In this document: piece after piece, positions 60,501-64,000 of the stretch
How positions within the stretch are numbered: the first letter of the stretch is position 1
Layout: every line of letters begins with the position of its first letter
Notes under the pieces: generated by a model
Told to the model about the DNA's origin: nothing
The model's input: the letters and a program-made list of their open reading frames with translations, nothing else
The model's database searches: none
Assembly: GCA_052327205.1 (NCBI GenBank)
Contig: CM126232.1
Coordinates: 21,948,001 to 22,012,000 of the forward strand
Direction: 5' to 3'
DNA length: 64,000 nt
Source: Somniosus microcephalus
Taxonomy: Eukaryota
Position numbers and translations under genes: made by a program

Positions 60501-62425
60501 ATACATATCATAACACATTTGTGATAATGGAGTGCATAATACAAAAATAAAATTGTCGACAGTTATCTTGGATGTATTAAATACATACACAGCAAGAGCA
60601 CCTTAGAACAGTTCTGTTACCAAATAATGAATTATCAACTGGTGTCTATAATGACATTCACCTACTGTAAACTGAAGCTCCATTTTATAAGTTGATTAGA
60701 AACCTATTGTCCAATTTATCTGATCAGCTGCATCATATAAATAATTAATATGCGACAGATTATTTCGGTACTTGGGGAGGTTGGGCGGGGGGGGGGGGGT
60801 GGGGGGAAGAGAGAGAGGGGAGAAGCTCACCAAGTCTAAGTTGAAAAGTTCTAAAATTTGAAATGATCAAACAAAACTGCAAAGTAAGCATAAAGGAAAC
60901 TTGACTGCAATAACCTCCTATACAGTAGGCCAAGTCAAAACAGCTGGATTTCATGTTGTTTATGTGAACTATTCTCCTAGGGTCACTGCAAGCAAAAATA
61001 CAGAATGCAGGAGAGGGAAGAGTTACAAGGCTGTAATTCAGTCAAGGGATTCTGCAAGAGTGCAGCTCACGAGTCAAAGAGCCCAGACTGAATTATAGCT
61101 TTTACAGTAAACACCCATTTTTATAGGATGCAAGGCAATAGAGAGAGGTGATCACTGGACAGAGCAGAATGGTTCTGTGTCCAAATATTGTACAATGGCT
61201 CTTGGTTGTTATGGGTGGTGACAATTAGCTAGGAAGGTCCGACATGGTCATAGATGCACAATGGGCATTTTCTGAAGATGCTTATGGGGACACATCTCAG
61301 CAGGGAATTACAAGACCATAATTTTATAGGCCAGCAATGAACCATGTCAAATTGCACAAGCAAAGTTTGAAATATCTGATCCCCAAGATTAATTTACAGC
61401 CTTGCAACAAACTAACCTGCGGGCATTTTCTACAATATTAACAATTTTACAAAATAACGTAGCTTACTTGCTGTTATTGCGGTAGCCTCGCTGAGTCGAT
61501 GGCCGTGAAGATGGAAGCGGTGGAACGCAGGACCTAGATCATTTCTGCCAATTGTGACAGCTGAAGGGATACCATAAGGTCTGTAGCCCACCAGGGTTTT
61601 GTTTTCTCTCCTTTTGCTGTGGTTTTAACCGCTTATGTAAACTATAGTTAAAAAGCACACATGTACCTGATTGCGCAAGAGTCCTCACGGAGTTGGGGAA
61701 TATCTTGAAACCTGCCCCAGTGACCATGGAACGCATCGTTAGCGCCAACCATGTGAAACGCTACACGAACAGCGCACAGGTGCAACACCATGTTTTGTGA
61801 ACAGCACTCCTCATGTATGTTCTGACCAGAAATCCTTCATAAATTTTTAGATAGGTGAAGCAAATTTCATTTGCTGGTAGTCAAGCGTTGATCTTTCGTT
61901 AAGACGAGAGGTAGAAAAAAAAAACCAATCCTGTTCTTTCCCCCAAGAAGAAAAACCATTTTATCTCTGTTGAAGCTGCTTTATAATTTAAGTGCAACTC
62001 GAGCTCTTTTTATGGCTTTCAATGGTCATTGTCAGCATTATTGCACTTTTTTTCTATGCAGCTTTAACAGACTAGCGCTAGAATTTCTTCCAGACATGTC
62101 GATCTTTTAACACCAGAAACTATTGGCAAAGGGCTCCAACTCCATTAATCTGGCAAACTGTGTGTATTGCAGTTGTATTTAGAAGTCACTGGTTGCCGCT
62201 TGGAAACTAGCGTGTGTGGAGAGTAGGTGGGGCAGAGGGGAAATGGACAGTGCCAGCGCCAGGCTAGAAACAGGCTCAATTACTGAAAGAATTGACGCTA
62301 ACCTGTTTCGGAGTCGTTGCTCTCAGAGGAGCTGGAGTCACTGCTACTGTCTGACTCAGAAGAGCTGCTGCTGCTTCTCATTCTTGAGGGGCCTCCCACA
62401 TCCATGCTTACGTCATGCTTCTCAG
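24479..62425 (-). CDS. BRD4: Bromodomain-containing protein 4, long isoform, 3' ten coding exons (5' part outside the window)
   Basis: Exons 62303-62425, 41451-41512, 38053-38290, 36282-37046, 35379-35485, 32945-33110, 30629-30759, 29383-29609, 27466-27661 and 24479-24547 splice in matching phases into one stop-free frame ending in the BRD4 CTD/PID motif; the His run and Pro/Gln-rich region distinguish it from BRDT. Confidence 0.97.
25140..26052 (+). mobile_element. Two CR1 3' fragments (25140-25490, 25780-26052)
   Basis: [23 protein letters not shown]...NLWNSLPQ...; both end in gatcagccatgatctt...ggcggagcaggctcga tails. Confidence 0.88.
27466..27661 (-). CDS. BRD4: BRD4 penultimate coding exon
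   Basis: ttgcag|(R)[56 protein letters not shown]|gtaagt, 196 nt. Confidence 0.95.
27798..28985. mobile_element. Non-autonomous DNA-transposon-like element interrupted by a SINE and a CR1 tail; short related end at 27088-27160
   Basis: Ends tggcccaga... and ...tttgggcca are inverted; the 5' end is duplicated at 27088 (gggcatctaac...cagctagac..gcccttgca..tttaggtt). Confidence 0.5.
28020..28475 (+). mobile_element. tRNA-derived SINE (28020-28300) fused to a young CR1 tail (28301-28475)
   Basis: B-box gagttcaaatccc; body matches the reverse copy at 53380-53765; then [22 protein letters not shown] and a (tttctatg) tail. Confidence 0.8.
29383..29609 (-). CDS. BRD4: BRD4 exon (GC donor)
   Basis: ctttag|[75 protein letters not shown](R)|gcaagt, 227 nt, phase 0 to 2. 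Confidence 0.93.
29826..30062 (+). mobile_element. Short solo-LTR-like element, copy 1
   Basis: Inverted ends (a)gacgtaa...ttacgtca, TATAAA 29915-29920; highly similar to 41986-42211. Confidence 0.6.
30629..30759 (-). CDS. BRD4: BRD4 exon
   Basis: ctacag|(R)[43 protein letters not shown]|gtgagt, 131 nt. Confidence 0.95.
31280..31840 (+). mobile_element. CR1 3' fragment(s)
   Basis: gggtttgatagggtagac...atgtttccacttgtgg...[19 protein letters not shown]. Confidence 0.8.
32545..32840 (-). mobile_element. CR1 3' fragment
   Basis: Reverse of the CR1 tail (aggaataggccactcagccc...gagcctgttccgcca) and of agaacaagggggcataaccttaaaattagagc. Confidence 0.75.
32945..33110 (-). CDS. BRD4: BRD4 exon
   Basis: cttacag|[55 protein letters not shown]|gtaagt, 166 nt. 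Confidence 0.95.
33140..33345 (+). mobile_element. Ancient LF-SINE-like remnant
   Basis: tggcactaattggca and taccctct motifs recall the LF-SINE core; heavily diverged. Confidence 0.35.
34513..34823 (+). mobile_element. Tc1/mariner (pogo/Tigger-type) MITE
   Basis: TA|CAGGAAACT...AGTTTCCTG|TA terminal inverted repeats with TA target duplication. Confidence 0.85.
35379..35485 (-). CDS. BRD4: BRD4 exon
   Basis: cctcag|(A)[35 protein letters not shown]|gtaaac, 107 nt. Confidence 0.93.
36282..37046 (-). CDS. BRD4: BRD4 large Pro/Gln-rich exon
   Basis: ttctag|(A)[22 protein letters not shown]...LEEEEPP...[11 protein letters not shown]...[20 protein letters not shown]|gtaagg, 765 nt. Confidence 0.96.
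36498..36730 (-). repeat. Coding 18-bp tandem repeat, PPPH(P/T)Q x12 plus a partial unit
   Basis: cagcc(t/g)ccgcc(t/g)cac(c/a)cc units visible in the sequence and the translation. Confidence 0.95.
38053..38290 (-). CDS. BRD4: BRD4 exon (His run)
   Basis: ccgcag|[79 protein letters not shown]|gtgcgt, 238 nt. Confidence 0.95.
38450..38783. mobile_element. Tc1/mariner-type MITE, related subfamily
   Basis: TA|CAGGAAACTTTGCGCTATCCGG...CCGGATAGCACAAAGTTTCCTG|TA. Confidence 0.85.
39930..40330 (+). mobile_element. CR1 3' fragment
   Basis: [14 protein letters not shown]...; tail gatcagccacgatctaattgaatggcagagcaggctcgaggg. Confidence 0.8.
41451..41512 (-). CDS. BRD4: BRD4 exon, first exon specific to the long isoform
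   Basis: ttctgcag|(E)[20 protein letters not shown]|gtagga, 62 nt; human counterpart EMAPKSKKKGHPGREQKK. Confidence 0.93.
41986..42211 (+). mobile_element. Short solo-LTR-like element, copy 2
   Basis: TG...TTACATCA ends, TATAAA 42067-42072, ATTAAA 42159-42164; aligns with 29835-30062. Confidence 0.6.
43770..43945 (-). mobile_element. L2-type LINE tail
   Basis: cttgcatttatgtagcgcctttaac...ggacaggtgaccaaaagcttggtcaaa is the reverse of the L2 3' end. Confidence 0.75.
44037..44362 (-). mobile_element. Tc1/mariner-type MITE (inverted relative to the 34513 and 62615 copies)
   Basis: TA|CAGGAAA...AGTTTCCTG|TA; body is the reverse complement of 62615-62949. Confidence 0.88.
44935..45460 (+). mobile_element. 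CR1 3' fragment
   Basis: [22 protein letters not shown]...[30 protein letters not shown]...[13 protein letters not shown]. Confidence 0.92.
45520..45581. repeat. (TG)n microsatellite, about 31 units
   Basis: Perfect dinucleotide run. Confidence 0.98.
47590..48420 (+). mobile_element. CR1 fragment split by a Penelope insertion
   Basis: ...gatctcatcgaaacatacaagattctgaaagg | insert | aaagggcttgactgggtagatgc...[11 protein letters not shown]. Confidence 0.8.
47667..48146 (-). mobile_element. Penelope-like element 3' end (GIY-YIG C-terminus)
   Basis: Minus strand [28 protein letters not shown], then the typical tail ctgaagaagggtcttcgacctgaaacgttaactctgtttctc. Confidence 0.85.
49300..49760 (+). 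mobile_element. Vingi/Ingi-type (I group) non-LTR retrotransposon 3' end
   Basis: [21 protein letters not shown] [frameshift] LSKWGY...[21 protein letters not shown] knuckle; short (gac)n tail. Confidence 0.7.
49785..50335 (+). mobile_element. CR1 3' fragment
   Basis: [37 protein letters not shown]...[13 protein letters not shown]. Confidence 0.93.
51070..51465 (+). mobile_element. Diverged Deu-domain SINE
   Basis: gtcctggctaacattcttccctcaaccaac...ggtcattcatctcattgctgtttgtggga aligns with 8798-9222. Confidence 0.7.
51530..52320 (+). mobile_element. CR1 3' fragment
   Basis: ...ctggagtactgcgtccagttctggtcacc...[31 protein letters not shown]. Confidence 0.9.
53380..53765 (-). mobile_element. 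Full-length tRNA-derived SINE
   Basis: Reverse complement of the 28020 copy, with a 3' tail shared with the LINE at 14855-15130. Confidence 0.8.
56893..57188. repeat. Minisatellite of 48- and 39-bp units (48,39,39,39,48,48,partial)
   Basis: Two unit variants: cagcaccaatcccaaatccacaccaatcgggatcctgaaaagactgca (48) and cagcaccaatcccaaatcggagatcctgaaaagactgca (39). Confidence 0.95.
61468..61560 (-). CDS. BRD4: Candidate BRD4 alternative cassette exon (93 nt, in frame)
   Basis: tcccttcag|(A)[30 protein letters not shown]|gtaagc; symmetric phase 1-1, no stop. Confidence 0.45.
62303..62425 (-). CDS. BRD4: BRD4 Ser-rich (SEED) exon after the ET domain
   Basis: ttgtacag|(A)[40 protein letters not shown]|gttagc, 123 nt. 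Confidence 0.93.
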
Positions 62426-62614
62426 CTGTACAAAGAGAATTATCAGGTAAGTAAAATGGACAGAGTAATCCGCTAAAACCTCAACATAACTATATTACAA
62501 CTAAACTTGCTTCACTTAAGCTCTTAAGTGTAACTTAATGTAACTTATCACCTTAGGGCTTTGTTGATTGCTATTGATCAAAATTTTCATTAGCACTTGT
62601 GCTCGAGGCAATTA

Positions 62615-62949
62615 CAGGAAACTCTTTTTTATCCGGCACCGACGGGACCGGCGTGGTGCTGGTTTATCAAAAAGTCCGATTACAGAGAGTTATAGTTAAA
62701 AGGTACGAGAGCTTCGTACACAGCAACAAATCCAGGCTTCCCTGTTGCTTAGCAACAGGTGCAAGAAGCCCGGCCACAGGCCAAGCGTCCCTGTTGCTTA
62801 GCAACAAGTGCAGGAACCCCCGATTACACAGCCAAGAATCAAAAAACGGCCACTAATATGAAGAAAAACTTAACTGAACCTACTCCTGAATTTTGCCGGT
62901 TAACCGAGATTTCCGGTTGTTTGGGTGCCGGTAAATCGAGAGTTTCCTG
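62615..62949 (+). mobile_element. Tc1/mariner-type MITE
   Basis: TA|CAGGAAACTC...GAGTTTCCTG|TA. Confidence 0.88.
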
Positions 62950-64000
62950 TACTTCATATTGTAGATTATATATCAAGCTGAGTCACAGTACTTGTAGAGT
63001 CTACATTTGTTTTTAGAATGGTCATTTTACCGTACAATCAAGTTCTGTACTTCAGACCTCCTTAAATAATTCACAAAAGAATCAGCCATATTGAAGTTTA
63101 CCTACTTAAATGTAGTTTTTTAATATAAAAGTTAAACCATGTGTCATGCTCATTATTTACTGCACAGCACATTACGCCTCTCGTCAATGCGCTCACAATT
63201 CAGTGCACAGCACATGAAGCTAGTATGGCTCCATCTCTCATTGTACAGCACAAGTAACCTGTATCATGTCATTCCTGTCCCATCAACGCAAGCAAACTAA
63301 CATATCCTCAGTCTCTATGAACTCTCAAAACTCTGGCATGTTTGACCCAGTTAATATTTTTTCCCCAAGCTTAAGTGGATTGGGAATAAACAATAAGGAA
63401 ATGATGGCACGTGTAACACCACCCATCACTTACACGTGCCAATTAGGGTAAATCTCTTTTGCAAATGAGCGTTAATTACAGGATATGCGCACAACCTAAA
63501 ATGTCAAACAGGACCGTGCTTTGATGATCCTTCCCTTGACTTCCCTGCCCTTGACTAACAACTTGACACTATTCATAGGTGAAGTATAACAAAAGAATCT
63601 CTCTCTCAGGCCACTCCAAATTCAGGAGGCCTCACGAACAAGATTCTTAGAAGAGTTAGCCTAAAGTCACATGACAGGTCAGTTATTCACATGAAATTGA
63701 AAGTGAATGATTTAAGTAACAGATCAGATTTCTGGTGGAATGTTGCTCAAAGCATTCACTCAGAAATCAGAGGGATGGCATCACATTGCTCCTGAACACT
63801 TCCTCAGACGGGTAAGGGGATAAGATAGCCTGTTCCCTATTAAGGCCTGATGAACACTTTATTATTTGGGCAAGTACTCTCCTGCATTAGAGTAAGATGA
63901 GGAAGAATGAGAGGGGGCTCGAGTGGAGCATAAACGCTGGCATGGACTGGCTGGGCCGAATGGCCTGCTTCTGTGCTGTATATTCTATGTGGTTTTTTTA

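Noticed and set aside
24479-62425. Assignment as BRDT next to EPHX4
   Set aside because: Exon-by-exon peptides (His run, [14 protein letters not shown], [19 protein letters not shown]) match BRD4 rather than BRDT.

Overview
Vertebrate genomic DNA, almost certainly a cartilaginous fish (shark-type HE1/V-SINE, Deu-domain SINE, CR1 and Penelope repeats). It carries the 3' half of BRD4 on the minus strand: ten coding exons from the Ser-rich exon at 62303-62425 to the P-TEFb-binding CTD ending ...IFEENLF* at 24479. All splice phases are consistent and one intron is GC-AG. Downstream on the same strand lies EPHX3 (assigned by synteny; exons 1-6 at 3075-9600). It appears to be a unitary pseudogene, with two in-frame stops and three frame-disrupting indels. 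The left end holds a degraded foamy/loki-type (F-like) retroviral env whose frame continues, past two stops, into a Cys/His PHD/RING-like module. The 20.8-kb BRD4 intron has a repeat-poor upstream 8 kb that looks like the 3' UTR of a short BRD4 isoform (read-through ETG*), plus a candidate 93-nt in-frame cassette exon resembling the human isoform-B exon. The rest is dense retroposon and MITE debris; some families carry RFX X-box or CTCF-like motifs. Repeat boundaries are approximate, and homology calls are from memory of the families, not from database searches.
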